Source: an uncultured Acidobacteriota bacterium (lineage in GTDB: Bacteria; Acidobacteriota; Thermoanaerobaculia; Multivoradales; SZUA-115). From it: DNA of 64,000 nt. Of this stretch, positions 38,860 to 48,617 are shown in pieces; the stretch's first letter is position 1, and every line of letters begins with the position of its first letter. The stretch is taken from assembly GCA_963805975.1 (NCBI GenBank), contig CAWDVR010000001.1, positions 758,106 through 822,105 of the forward strand, read 5' to 3'. The notes below the pieces were generated by a model, which worked only from the letters and a program-made list of their open reading frames with translations, was not told the origin of the DNA and searched no databases. Made by a program: the position numbers and the translations under genes.

Positions 38860-39357
38860 TCATCGCCGACCCGCGGAACGCTGCCGCATCACCTCGTAGA
38901 GCGCCACCGCCACGCTGGTCGAGAGGTTGAGGGAGCGGACCTCGCGATCGATCATCGGGAGCGTGACCAGGCGGTCGGCGTGGCGGCGCCGCAGCTCGGG
39001 CGGCAGGCCGGTGCTCTCCTGACCGAAGACGAGCACCGGGTTGGGTGGGAAGGCGACGCTCCAGTGGTCCCGGCCACCTTCGGCCGAGAAGAAGAACGGC
39101 TCGCCGAGCGTAGGCAGCTCGGCCTCGAAGCTCTCCCAGGACGGCCAGAGCACCGGCGCGACGCGTGGCCAGTAGTCGAGGCCGGCGCGCCGCACCTCGC
39201 GCTCGTCGAGCGAGAAGCCCAGCGGTTCGACGAGGTGCAGGCGGGCGCCGGTCGCGAGGCAGGTGCGGCCTGCGTTGCCGGTATTCCAGTGGATCTCCGG
39301 CTGGACGAGGACGACGTGGGCGAGAGGTGCCGGGGACGGCGGGGCGGCGTCGGGCAT
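38860..39357 (-). CDS. trmL: tRNA (cytidine34/uridine34-2'-O)-methyltransferase TrmL, SpoU/TrmH family
   Basis: 165 aa SPOUT fold; VVLVQPEIHWNTGNAGRTCLATGARLHLVEPLGF ... LVFGQESTGLP ... VRSLNLSTSVAVALYE. Confidence 0.75.
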   Translation of the reverse strand: MPDAAPPSPAPLAHVVLVQPEIHWNTGNAGRTCLATGARLHLVEPLGFSLDEREVRRAGLDYWPRVAPVLWPSWESFEAELPTLGEPFFFSAEGGRDHWSVAFPPNPVLVFGQESTGLPPELRRRHADRLVTLPMIDREVRSLNLSTSVAVALYEVMRQRSAGRR

Positions 39358-39409
39358 GCGCGGAGTATGGCGGGATCCGCGCCACCCGCCGCCGCTCCCT
39401 CCGGAGCAA

Positions 39410-41035
39410 CTACTTCACGAGCTCCAGGCTGTCGATTTGGACCGAGCCGGCCTCGAAGCCGGGCACGTCGAAGTAGAAGTAGACGTAGCGCAGATCTGTC
39501 AGGTCCGTGACGCCGAAGGCCGAGAGCGGGATGCGGATGGTCTCGAGCGCGCTCATCGTCAGGTCTTTGATGCCGTCGGTTCCGAGGTGATTGAAGACGT
39601 AGGGATAGGGAACCGAGCCGTAGTCGCTGGCCTTGACCTTGGACGACCACCCGGCGCCGGTGTAGAGGCGCACGTGGAAGTCCTGGGCCTGGTCCTCGGT
39701 GTTCCAGGCGTCGTCGTAGTTCTGGCCGACGCGCAGGCCGAGATGGGTGTAGGTGCTGACGTTGCGTTGCGCGCCCACGAACGGCAGGTTGGCCGCGGGG
39801 ATCGTCCACCGCACGTAGGGTGTGAGGCCGGTGTCGTTCCACTTGATGCGCATGCCGCGCGTGTCGTGGGGCGCCGCCGGGTCCATGTCCTGGAGCTCGT
39901 CGACGGCGAGGACGGCGATGGTGTCCGACTTGGTCACCGAGCCGCCCATGGTGTTGGTGCTCCAGCCGACGTGCTCGAAGTTGTCGATCACCCGCCGGGG
40001 GATGTCGCTGAACTGCTGCGTGAGCACCACGGCGGCCGAGGCCGCCGGCCGGGCGGTGCCGTCGAAGAAGGCGCGGTAGTCCGCCTGGTTCCAGACTTGG
40101 AGGCGCAGAAACGCGTTGATGTAGCCCAGCGCCACGTTGCGGTGGTCGGTGCAGGACAAGGTGCCGTCTCCCACCGGGCACGGGCCCTCATCCGTGAAGC
40201 CCACGTGGTTGGCGCGCTCCAGGAAGACCATCGCCTTGCGGATCTGGTGCGCGGGGTTGAGGACGCCCTCGACCGAGGTCTCGCTGCCGGCCCGGTCGTA
40301 GATCGCGAAGGCGGTGCGCTCGGGCGAGGTCGGCCAGGGCTCGATGGGCTCGCCGTTCACGTCGGGATCGCGCGAGCCGTAGATCGCCAGAAAGCCCGGG
40401 ACGATGGTGCCGTCGAGGGTCTCCTTGGGGTCGTCTCCCCCGTTGCCGCCGTCGGTGGGGGCGATCGAGACCACCGCCCGCACGTCGTACTCCAGGTGGC
40501 CCAGGCCGGGGTTGTCCGCCAGCATGCGCGCCGCGGTGACCGCCGCCTCGCCGCCGCGGCTGTGGCCGACGAAGGCGACCTTGCCGCTGAGCTTCGCCTT
40601 CCAGGTCCAGAACGCGTTTACGGAGTTGAGGAAGGAGATGGCTTCCTGGGCACGGCCCTCGTTGGAGCCGCTGTCGAAGGCGCCGTTCGAGAGGCTCGCC
40701 ACCACGAAACCGTTCTTGGCCAGGTGGTCGAACAGGTAGTCGTGGTCGTTCTTGGTCATGCCGTTGCCGTGGGTGAAGACCACGATCGGCCGGCCGCTCG
40801 GCGGGCCGTCGGCCGAGTCGCAGGTCGAGGAGGGCCAGCGCAGGTAGCCGGAGATCGCGGGCACGCCGTCCCCGCCGTAGTTCCAGTAGGGGTTGCTGGA
40901 ATAGGCGCAGGGATAGGTCTGATAGGTGGTGGGGTCGGACGGGAGGGCGAGGGCGGGCATGGCGAGGGCCGAGCCGAGGGCCACGGCGGCGAGCGCCGGC
41001 CAGCCGCCATGGCGAGAGTGGGTCGTCGGGCGCAT
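39410..41035 (-). CDS. secreted alpha/beta hydrolase (lipase/PAF-acetylhydrolase/chlorophyllase-like) with a C-terminal beta-rich domain
   Basis: Signal peptide; VVFTHGNG; nucleophile elbow FVGHSRGGEAAV; 541 aa. Confidence 0.7.
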   Translation of the reverse strand: MRPTTHSRHGGWPALAAVALGSALAMPALALPSDPTTYQTYPCAYSSNPYWNYGGDGVPAISGYLRWPSSTCDSADGPPSGRPIVVFTHGNGMTKNDHDYLFDHLAKNGFVVASLSNGAFDSGSNEGRAQEAISFLNSVNAFWTWKAKLSGKVAFVGHSRGGEAAVTAARMLADNPGLGHLEYDVRAVVSIAPTDGGNGGDDPKETLDGTIVPGFLAIYGSRDPDVNGEPIEPWPTSPERTAFAIYDRAGSETSVEGVLNPAHQIRKAMVFLERANHVGFTDEGPCPVGDGTLSCTDHRNVALGYINAFLRLQVWNQADYRAFFDGTARPAASAAVVLTQQFSDIPRRVIDNFEHVGWSTNTMGGSVTKSDTIAVLAVDELQDMDPAAPHDTRGMRIKWNDTGLTPYVRWTIPAANLPFVGAQRNVSTYTHLGLRVGQNYDDAWNTEDQAQDFHVRLYTGAGWSSKVKASDYGSVPYPYVFNHLGTDGIKDLTMSALETIRIPLSAFGVTDLTDLRYVYFYFDVPGFEAGSVQIDSLELVK

Positions 41036-41405
41036 CTTCGTCTCCCAGGAATCGTGCGGAGGCCGGGTGCCAGCCTCGCGGTTCGGGGACGAAGATAGGC
41101 ACGGGCCACGGGGAAGTTGTTACCGCGGGCTTACCGAGCCCTGAGGACAGGCTTACCGGGCGGCCCGGAAGCGAGGACTGGATCACCACGCGGATGGCGC
41201 CCACGCCGGTGTCAAGCTCGACGAGCTGATCGATCTCGAAGAGCTGGATGAAACAGAGCTCGATCGCATTCGCGATCAATACGAGAAGCTGACGAAGCTA
41301 GGCGCGAAAAGTAAGGAAAAAAGAGGCTGAAAGGGCTTGGAGCGGGATCGCGGCTGGCAGAGAATCGGATACCGCTTGTCGCGGCCCAACTTCCAAGGAG
41401 AAGCC

Positions 41406-41726
41406 ATGAAGCGATCTCTCGTCCTCGTGCTGTTCCTCGCCTTGACGTTTGGTACCGCCTCGTCCTTCGCCGCACCCTGCGGGCCGCCGAACCCGATGTC
41501 GACGCTACTCTGGCTCGAAGAAGAGAACGCTCCCATCGCCACGCCGGCGGTCGACCTCTTCCCGCCGACGGCTGCTCCGCGCGCCGGAGGCGCCTGCACC
41601 GCCGACGATCGCGCCGCCTGCCGACAGGACTGCTGTACCGAAGGTGGATGCGAGGGCTTCCAGGTGCTGTGGTCGTACTACTTCGGCTACTGCATGTGCA
41701 ACTGCCTCGGCTACTGCTCGGGCTAA
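41406..41726 (+). CDS. small secreted cysteine-rich protein (106 aa, 10 Cys)
   Basis: AAGGAG then ATG; signal peptide MKRSLVLVLFLALTFGTASSFA. The C-terminal half is Cys-dense (ACRQDCCTEGGCEGFQVLWSYYFGYCMCNCLGYCSG). Confidence 0.5.
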   Translation: MKRSLVLVLFLALTFGTASSFAAPCGPPNPMSTLLWLEEENAPIATPAVDLFPPTAAPRAGGACTADDRAACRQDCCTEGGCEGFQVLWSYYFGYCMCNCLGYCSG

Positions 41727-41739
41727 CGAAACGGGGAAC

Positions 41740-41773
41740 GAAAAAGGGCGAGCCGTCGGCGCGCCCTTTTTCC
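41740..41773. terminator. bidirectional rho-independent terminator
   Basis: AAAAAGGGCGAGCCGTCGGCGCGCCCTTTTT: a GC stem flanked by an A-tract and a T-tract, between convergent genes. Confidence 0.5.
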
Positions 41774-41794
41774 TGCTGCGCGCTTCTCGGCCTG

Positions 41795-42433
41795 CTAATC
41801 GACCGTGACCCGGATGTCGCCCACGCCGCAGTCGACCTCGAGGCGGGAGGCGCCCTTGCCTCTGTTCCACTCGAGCCCCTTGCCCACCAAGCCGGTGCCC
41901 TCGATGGTCTGACCTTCGAGGGTCAGCTCGACGTCGCCCACGCCGGTGTCGAGCTCGACCGCACGCAGCGCGGCGGCGTCCATCGTCACCTTGACGTCGC
42001 CCACGCGGGCGTCGATCTCGACGTCGTGAGCCATGCCGCTGACCACGATGTCGCCGACCCCGGAGTCCGCGGAGAGGTGGGTGCCGCGCGGCACCTCGAC
42101 CTTGGCGGACATCGACAGCCCTTTGTCGCCGAACTTGGGGTAGCCCTGGATCTCGATCAGCAGCTCGTCCCCCCGCCGGCGGTCGCCGACGCTGATGTTT
42201 TCGGCGGCCTGCTTGCAGTCGCTGTTGTTGGGATCGGTGCAACGGATGTCGAGCTGCACCTTCACCTTGTCACCGGTGGTGCCGGTGATCACCAGGTCAC
42301 CGACGCTGATGTCCACCTGCACGAGGGTGGCGCCGGTCAGGGCGGCTTCGTTCTCGACTGTGCGGACGGTCGCCGCCGAGAGCGGGGAGGCGAGGGCGGC
42401 GAGGAGTATTGCGGGCACGATCTTTGATTTCAT
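41795..42433 (-). CDS. secreted beta-strand repeat protein (DUF4097/putative-adhesin-like GVGD repeats)
   Basis: GGAGGA then ATG; signal peptide MKSKIVPAILLAALASPLSAA; repeated xxGVGD[IV]xV units. Confidence 0.65.
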   Translation of the reverse strand: MKSKIVPAILLAALASPLSAATVRTVENEAALTGATLVQVDISVGDLVITGTTGDKVKVQLDIRCTDPNNSDCKQAAENISVGDRRRGDELLIEIQGYPKFGDKGLSMSAKVEVPRGTHLSADSGVGDIVVSGMAHDVEIDARVGDVKVTMDAAALRAVELDTGVGDVELTLEGQTIEGTGLVGKGLEWNRGKGASRLEVDCGVGDIRVTVD

Positions 42434-42523
42434 GGTTCCTCCAAGTGGTAAAAAGGGTGCTGCAGCGGCAGATTTTGCCGCTCGGTGCTGATCCAGGATC
42501 GTCACACGGAACGGAGAGCATCC

Positions 42524-44005
42524 ATGAGAATCGACTATGCAAGCTCCCGGCCGAGAAAACGGCCTTCGCTCTTCTTTGGTTTCACCGCTGCGACGGCCCT
42601 CGCCCTGGCCTCGCTCGCGGCAGCGGGGTGCTCGACCAACCCGGCCACCGGCAAGCGCCAGCTCGCCGTGATCGGCGAGGCGCAGGAGATCGAGATGGGG
42701 CGGCAGGCCGACCGCGAGGTCCAGGGCTCGCTCGGCCTCTACCCGGACGACGACCTCCAGCGCTACGTGCAGGGCCTCGGCAGCCGGCTCGCCGCGAGCT
42801 CCGAGCGACCCCAGCTCCCCTGGCAGTTCCGTGTGGTGGACGATCCCACGGTCAACGCCTTCGCGCTGCCAGGCGGATTCATCTACGTCACCCGCGGCAT
42901 CCTGGCGCACATGAGCTCGGAGGCCGAGCTGGTGGGGGTGCTCGGCCACGAGATCGGCCACGTCACCGGCCGGCACTCGGTGGAGCAGATGAGCAAGGCG
43001 CAGCTCGCGACCCTGGGACTGGGTGTGGCCATGATCGCCAGCGAGGACGTGCGACAGTTCGGCGACATCGCCCAGGCCGGCCTCGGGCTGATGTTCCTGA
43101 AGTTCGGGCGCGACGACGAGCGCCAGGCCGACGACCTCGGCCTGCGGTACCTCACCCGTCTCGACTACGACCCCAAGGAGATGCCGAACGTGTTCCGCAC
43201 CCTGGACCGCGTCGGCGCCGCCGCCGGCAGCGGCCGGGTGCCCAACTGGCTCTCCACCCACCCGGCGCCGCAGGACCGCGTCTCCCGCCTCAATCAGGCG
43301 ATCTCCGCGCTGCCCGCCGAGGAGCAGCAGGGCGAGGTGAACCGCGACGCCTACCTCCAGAAGCTCGACGGCGTGACCTTCGGCACCGACCCGCGCGAGG
43401 GCTTTTTCAAGGGCAACGTCTTCTACCATCCCAGCATGGCTTTCCAGCTCACCTTCCCACAAGGCTGGAAGCTCTCCAACGAGAAGCAGGCAGTGGGCGC
43501 CATGAGCTCGCAGCAGGACGCGGCCGTGGTCCTGATGCTCGCCGCGGCGGGCAACGCGGACGAGGCGGCGCGGACGTTCTTCAATCAGCAGGGCGTCGAG
43601 CGCGGCCAGGCCTGGCGCCGCAACTTCTACGCCTTCCGCACCACTCCCGATCCCACCGGCCAGCGCCAGGATCTCAACGGCGTGGTGGGCTTCTTCGAGC
43701 ACGGCGGCAAGGTGTTCCAGCTTCGTGGGATGTCGCTCGCCGGCCGCTGGACCGGCTACGAGCGGGCGGTGCTGGCGGCGCTCGAGAGCTTCGAGCGCTT
43801 GACCGACCCGCGCTACCTGAATGTCAAGCCCAAGCGCCTCGAGATCGTCCGCCTGCCGCGCGCCATGAGCTTCAACGAGTTCCTCGAGCGCTACCCCTCG
43901 ACCGTCGAGGCGCAGGCGGTGGCGATCCTCAACGAGGTCGAGGCCACCACCCAGCTCGAGTCCGGCCGCATGATGAAGCGGGTGGTGGGAGGGGAGCTGC
44001 CGTAG
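42524..44005 (+). CDS. M48-family zinc metalloprotease lipoprotein (BepA/YcaL-like)
   Basis: Lipobox LAAAGCS; HExxH (VLGHEIGHVTGRHS) with a downstream Glu; long C-terminal extension. Confidence 0.8.
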   Translation: MRIDYASSRPRKRPSLFFGFTAATALALASLAAAGCSTNPATGKRQLAVIGEAQEIEMGRQADREVQGSLGLYPDDDLQRYVQGLGSRLAASSERPQLPWQFRVVDDPTVNAFALPGGFIYVTRGILAHMSSEAELVGVLGHEIGHVTGRHSVEQMSKAQLATLGLGVAMIASEDVRQFGDIAQAGLGLMFLKFGRDDERQADDLGLRYLTRLDYDPKEMPNVFRTLDRVGAAAGSGRVPNWLSTHPAPQDRVSRLNQAISALPAEEQQGEVNRDAYLQKLDGVTFGTDPREGFFKGNVFYHPSMAFQLTFPQGWKLSNEKQAVGAMSSQQDAAVVLMLAAAGNADEAARTFFNQQGVERGQAWRRNFYAFRTTPDPTGQRQDLNGVVGFFEHGGKVFQLRGMSLAGRWTGYERAVLAALESFERLTDPRYLNVKPKRLEIVRLPRAMSFNEFLERYPSTVEAQAVAILNEVEATTQLESGRMMKRVVGGELP

Positions 44006-44045
44006 GAGCACCGAAGCCCGGCGGACCGCCGGGCGGATCTCAGAA

Positions 44046-45347
44046 TCACCGCTGGAACGCAGGCTCGTGAACGCGTGGCGGTGCCGGCGGCAGCGGCAGG
44101 GCGGCGTAGACCTCGCGCCGCACCAGGCCCATCCAGGGATCGGAGATCGGGTCCCGGAAGAGCTGGCCGTAGATCCACAGGGTGAGTTTCTCGAGATCCA
44201 GGTTCGCAGCCGAGGCCAGGTAGTCGCTCGCCAGGGCCATCAGAATCGCCCGCCGGTAGCGGCTCTCGTTGAGCACCTCGTCGAGCGCCATGTCGGCCTC
44301 GAAGCTCTCGATCAGGAGCAGGCCCTCGCTGTCCTCCACCGTGCCGTGCTTGCGGAGCAGGAAGGCGCGGCTGGTTTCGTCCATCCGTGCGCTCGCTCGC
44401 CGTTCCGCCACCAGGCGCTCGATCTCGGCGTCCGGCACCTCCAGGCCGAGGGCCCTGACCAGCGGCACCTCGGTGGCGACCTTGGCTACGGTGGCACTGC
44501 CTACGAGGGTGGGCGGGGCGGCGACCGACGAGCCCGGCGGCGAGTCTCGCGGCGCGCCGCCGGCAGGGCGAGCGAAGCGGGCGTCGAGCCGCTCCCGGTT
44601 GGAGTCGTGGCGCTTCGTCACCCAGCCCCTGAAGGCTTCGCCCTCGAGCCGGTTGGCGGTCGCCACGGAATCGCGGGCCGCGCGCAGCTCGCGCTGGAAG
44701 GTCCCCGGCGTGTAGAGGCCGGGCAGCACGTCGAGAACGCGGCCATGGCTGTCGAGCAGGTAGTGCAGGCTGTTGCCGGTGACCGTCTGCCGGAGGGTCC
44801 TGCCGTCGCCGAAGTCGATCGTCACCTTGGGTACCGGCCGCACCGAGTGCCAGTGGAGCACGAACTGTTCGCGCAGCAGCTCGCCGATCTCGCGGTTCGG
44901 GTAGAGCGCGGTGCGGAAGAAGCGGCTGTTGGCGCAGGACAGCTCTTCGTCCAGCCGGCCGAGGAGGCGCAGAGACAGGATCGGTTTGCCGGTCGCCAGC
45001 GCCTCGGCCTTCGCCGCCTCGAGGTCGGTGTACCAGAAGAGGCGGATCGCGGCGCAATCGGCCACGCCGCACACCCGGTCGAGCGCGGCGCCGCCCACGC
45101 TTTCGCCGCGATCGAGCAGCGCCAGGACCGAGGCCATCCCGGCCGGGCCAGCCTCGCGCAGCAGCTCGATCGCCACATCGGTCTGCGGAGTCGTTTCCTG
45201 CAAGGCCGCGCGGGCCAGGGCCTCGAGGTCCTGCGCCGACGCGGCCTCGAAGGCGGTGGCGGCGGCACAGCCCGCGCCGGCAAGAGAAAGGGAGACGACG
45301 ATCGACGAAGCGGCGACGGCCAGGTTCTTGGGTTTCACGCTGCCCAC
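44046..45347 (-). CDS. hypothetical lipoprotein (433 aa)
   Basis: Lipobox SLSLAGAGCAA; no recognised domain; divergent from the two-component operon. Confidence 0.5.
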   Translation of the reverse strand: MGSVKPKNLAVAASSIVVSLSLAGAGCAAATAFEAASAQDLEALARAALQETTPQTDVAIELLREAGPAGMASVLALLDRGESVGGAALDRVCGVADCAAIRLFWYTDLEAAKAEALATGKPILSLRLLGRLDEELSCANSRFFRTALYPNREIGELLREQFVLHWHSVRPVPKVTIDFGDGRTLRQTVTGNSLHYLLDSHGRVLDVLPGLYTPGTFQRELRAARDSVATANRLEGEAFRGWVTKRHDSNRERLDARFARPAGGAPRDSPPGSSVAAPPTLVGSATVAKVATEVPLVRALGLEVPDAEIERLVAERRASARMDETSRAFLLRKHGTVEDSEGLLLIESFEADMALDEVLNESRYRRAILMALASDYLASAANLDLEKLTLWIYGQLFRDPISDPWMGLVRREVYAALPLPPAPPRVHEPAFQR

Positions 45348-45503
45348 CTCCAGGCGCTGGTGGCGGCCTTCCTGACCGCCAGCGAAACCCTAGCGCCAGA
45401 GCGGGTGGCGCAACGTAACGCCTGCGTAACTCCTGCCGGCCGCTGTCGCGGACGGCCCTCCCGAGCGCGAGCGCTGCGCTAGCATCGGCGCGAGGAATCG
45501 ACG

Positions 45504-46190
45504 ATGCCGCAGCGGACGATCCTGGTGATCGAGGACGACGTGGCCATCCGCCGCGGCATGGTGGCGGCGCTCCGCCACGCCTCGTTCGCGGTCCGCGAGG
45601 CCGGCGACGGTGCGGCGGGCGGTGAGCTGGCGCTCGGCGGCGAAATCGATCTGGTGCTCCTGGACCTCGTGCTGCCGCTCGTGGACGGGCTCGAGGTCCT
45701 GCGGCGCATCCGGCGCGAGGAGCCGGCTCTGCCGGTGATCCTGGTGACCGCGCGCGGCGCCGAAGACGACCGCGTGCGCGGGCTCGAGCTGGGCGCGGAC
45801 GACTACGTGGTGAAGCCCTTCGGCGCCCGCGAGCTCCTGGCGAGAGTGGAAGCCCTGCTGCGGCGCTCACCCGAACGGCCGGCGGTTCTTTCGCGGCTCG
45901 ACCTTCCCGGCCGCGAGGTGGACTTCGAGAGTTGCGAGGTGCGCTTCGAGGATGGCCACTGCGAGGCGCTGTCGAAGCTCGAAGGCGGCCTGCTGCGCTA
46001 CCTGGCGAAGAGCCGCGAGCGCATCGTCTCCCGTGACGAGCTCCTCACCCGTGTCTGGCAGCAGAGGCCGCACCTGGTGGCGACCCGCTCGGTCGACATG
46101 ACTATGGCCCGCCTGCGCAAGAAGCTGCGCGACGAGAGCGAGGAGGTGCTGATCACGGTGCGCGGGAAGGGCTACAGGCTCCGATCGTGA
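45504..46190 (+). CDS. OmpR-family response regulator
   Basis: Receiver domain (ILVIEDD ... DLVLLDLVLP ... KPF) plus a winged-helix C-terminus (TVRGKGYRL). Confidence 0.85.
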   Translation: MPQRTILVIEDDVAIRRGMVAALRHASFAVREAGDGAAGGELALGGEIDLVLLDLVLPLVDGLEVLRRIRREEPALPVILVTARGAEDDRVRGLELGADDYVVKPFGARELLARVEALLRRSPERPAVLSRLDLPGREVDFESCEVRFEDGHCEALSKLEGGLLRYLAKSRERIVSRDELLTRVWQQRPHLVATRSVDMTMARLRKKLRDESEEVLITVRGKGYRLRS

Positions 46191-47773
46191 TCCGCCGGCC
46201 GCTCCTGGTGGCTGCCGCCTTCGTCGCGAGCGCCCTGGTGCTGCTCGGCGCGCTGGCCTGGATCACATCCATGACGCTCGCCCTCGAGCGTTCGGAGATC
46301 GAAGCGCTCGGCAAGGCGATCGCCGAGGAGAACATCCGCATCGCGCTGTGGCGGATGGACGCCTCGCTCGCCGAGCTGTTGGCGCGCGAGAACCGCCGGA
46401 GCGCGGCTCAGCACCGTGCCGCCAGCCAGTCGCCGGCGGAACCAGGGCAGATCGTGCGGGCGCGCTTCGAGGTCGGGCCAAGACCGGCGCCGCCCAAAGG
46501 CCCGAGGTCGGCCGCGCCGCTACCGGACAAATCACTGGCTCTGGACGTGGACCGGCTGAACGCCAGTGCCAACGAAGCGGGCCAGCAGATGGCCTTCAGT
46601 CAGGAGGTGCTCAACTCCCAGGCCTTCCAGCGCCGGCAGGAGCTGGCGCAGCAGAACCTCGTGCTCTCCTCACCACCCCAGGAGGCGGCGCCTGGGCCGG
46701 TCCCGGCTGTGGAGCCGGTCGCCGAGGTGGAGTCTGCCTTCGAAGGACAGTGGGAGGGCGACGAGCTGTTGCTGCTGCGGCGGGTGCTCGAAGGCGACCA
46801 GCGGCTGGTGCAGGGCGTCCGGCTCGACTGGCCCGCGCTGTCGAGCGCGCTCCTGGCGCAGGTGCGCGAGGTAGTGCCGGGGGCACGCCTGGAGCGCTCG
46901 TCCGGCCCTGCCGACCCGAGTCGCCAGCTCGCGGTGCTGGCGCTGCGCCTGGTGCCGGGGCCGCCGCCCGAGCCCGCACCGCCGGACTGGACGCCGGTGC
47001 GGCTGACCCTGGCCGCGGCCTGGGGCGCGGCGCTGCTCTGCCTCGCCGGGGTGGGTGCGCTCCTGGCGGGCTCGGTGTCGCTCTCCCAGCGCCGTGCGGA
47101 CTTCGTGTCGGCAGTCACCCACGAGCTGCGCACGCCGCTCACCACGCTGCGCCTCTACTCGGACCTGCTGGTCGAAGGCGCGGTGGCACCCGAGGAGCAC
47201 CGCTCGTACCTCGCCACCCTGAAGCGCGAGGCCGACCGGCTCGGCCACCTCGTGGACAACGTACTGTCGTTCTCACGGCTGGAGCGGGTGCGCGCATCCG
47301 GGGCGCGAGAGCAGGCGGCGGTGGGGGAAATGGTCGCACGGGCGCTGCCACGGCTCGAAGAGCGAGCGGCGCTCGCCGAAACGACGATCGAGGTCGAGGT
47401 TCCCGCCGAGGCGATCGGCGCGCTCGTCCGCACCGATTCCGCGGCGGTCGAGCAGATCCTCTTCAACTTGGTGGACAACGCTTGCAAGTATGGTGGCGAT
47501 GCCGAATCGCCGGCGATCCGCCTGGCCATTGAGCTGCGCGGCAGCTACGCCGTGCTGAGCGTCTCGGACCACGGGCAGGGACTCGGCCCCCGCGAGCGCC
47601 GGCGCCTGTTCCGCCCCTTCCACCGCTCGGCGGCGCAGGCCGCCGGTTCGGCGCCCGGCGTGGGCCTCGGCTTGGCGCTCTCCCGCCGGCTCGCCCGCCG
47701 CATGGGCGGCGATCTTCAGCTGGCGAAGTCAGAGCAGGGAGCGTGCTTCGAGCTGCTGCTGCGGCGGGCGTAG
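46187..47773 (+). CDS. sensor histidine kinase (cognate of the upstream regulator)
   Basis: ATG overlaps the RR stop. Two TM segments flank a periplasmic domain. HisKA H-box VSAVTHELRTPLTTL; HATPase GVGLGLALSRRLARRMGGDL. Confidence 0.8.
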   Translation: MIRRPLLVAAAFVASALVLLGALAWITSMTLALERSEIEALGKAIAEENIRIALWRMDASLAELLARENRRSAAQHRAASQSPAEPGQIVRARFEVGPRPAPPKGPRSAAPLPDKSLALDVDRLNASANEAGQQMAFSQEVLNSQAFQRRQELAQQNLVLSSPPQEAAPGPVPAVEPVAEVESAFEGQWEGDELLLLRRVLEGDQRLVQGVRLDWPALSSALLAQVREVVPGARLERSSGPADPSRQLAVLALRLVPGPPPEPAPPDWTPVRLTLAAAWGAALLCLAGVGALLAGSVSLSQRRADFVSAVTHELRTPLTTLRLYSDLLVEGAVAPEEHRSYLATLKREADRLGHLVDNVLSFSRLERVRASGAREQAAVGEMVARALPRLEERAALAETTIEVEVPAEAIGALVRTDSAAVEQILFNLVDNACKYGGDAESPAIRLAIELRGSYAVLSVSDHGQGLGPRERRRLFRPFHRSAAQAAGSAPGVGLGLALSRRLARRMGGDLQLAKSEQGACFELLLRRA

Positions 47774-47777
47774 CAGC

Positions 47778-48161
47778 TTACTCCTGCGCGATCTGGATGA
47801 AGTTGCCGCAGGTGTCCTCGAACATCGCGATCTTCACCGGCCCGGCCTGGGTTGGCGGCATGCGGAACACGACGCCCAGCTTCTGCAACCGCTCGAACTC
47901 CTTCTGCACGTCGTCGACGCCGAACATCGTCCACGGGATGCCCTGGTCGAACATCGCCTTCTGAAAGGTCTTGGCCGCCGGGTTGCCATTGGGCTCGAGC
48001 AGCAGCTCGGTGCCGTCGGGATCGGCGGGCGACACCACGGTCAGCCAGCGCGCTCCGCCGGCCGGGACGTCCGTCTTCTTCACGAAGCCCAGCACCTCGG
48101 TGTAGAACTGCAGGGCCTTCTCCTGGTCGTCGACCAGCACGCTGGTCACGATGATCCTCAT
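47778..48161 (-). CDS. VOC/glyoxalase-family protein
   Basis: Strong SD (AAAGGAGAAAGG) before the ATG at MRIIVTSVLVDDQEKALQFYTEVLGF; 127 aa. An upstream in-frame extension is not supported by an SD. Confidence 0.7.
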   Translation of the reverse strand: MRIIVTSVLVDDQEKALQFYTEVLGFVKKTDVPAGGARWLTVVSPADPDGTELLLEPNGNPAAKTFQKAMFDQGIPWTMFGVDDVQKEFERLQKLGVVFRMPPTQAGPVKIAMFEDTCGNFIQIAQE

Positions 48162-48617
48162 CGAGCCTTTCTCCTTTCCCGGGGCGGGCGTCCCCAGGCT
48201 GTCCTGGGTTCCGAAGGTCGCGGTTGCGAACAATAGGGTGATCAAGCTTGCAAGCATCGTGGATCTGTTCACGGGCTCTCCTCGTTGGCCGGTTAGCTCT
48301 CGGCGCGACGGCTTGTCGAAGATCTTCTTCAGGGTCTCGGCCTGCTGGGGTGGGCGCGATCTGAAGTAGACACTTGGGGGCCACCGCAATGGGCAGAGGC
48401 TCGACACCAGGGTGATCAGCAGGCCGGCCAGGAAGCCCCGGCCGAAGCTCAGCCGGCCCGTCTGCTCGCGGTAGGAGGCCGAAGACCAGGATGCCGCCCA
48501 AGAGCCGGCGCCGCGACGCCGGAACGGTGTGGGTCGAGGTGGCCACGGCAGGTCGATGATACCGGCTCGCCTGCCCGGGAGCGTGCCGGAGATCGGCTAT
48601 GCTCGGGGCGAGGGATC

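Noticed and set aside
41337-41405. Upstream extension (MERDRGWQRIGYRLSRPNFQGEA) of the Cys-rich peptide ORF
   Set aside because: The AAGGAG RBS sits immediately before the internal ATG, and the extension would place charged residues before the signal peptide.
47778-48407. Longer 209-aa version of the VOC-family ORF with a signal-peptide-like extension
   Set aside because: The internal ATG (MRIIV) has a strong SD (AAAGGAGAAAGG) and the upstream extension has none. The extension frame is probably open only because of GC content.
48480-48617. Possible ECF-type promoter (GGAAC ... GTCGA) upstream of the kinase-associated sigma gene
   Set aside because: Spacing and the -10 element do not fit an ECF consensus convincingly by eye.
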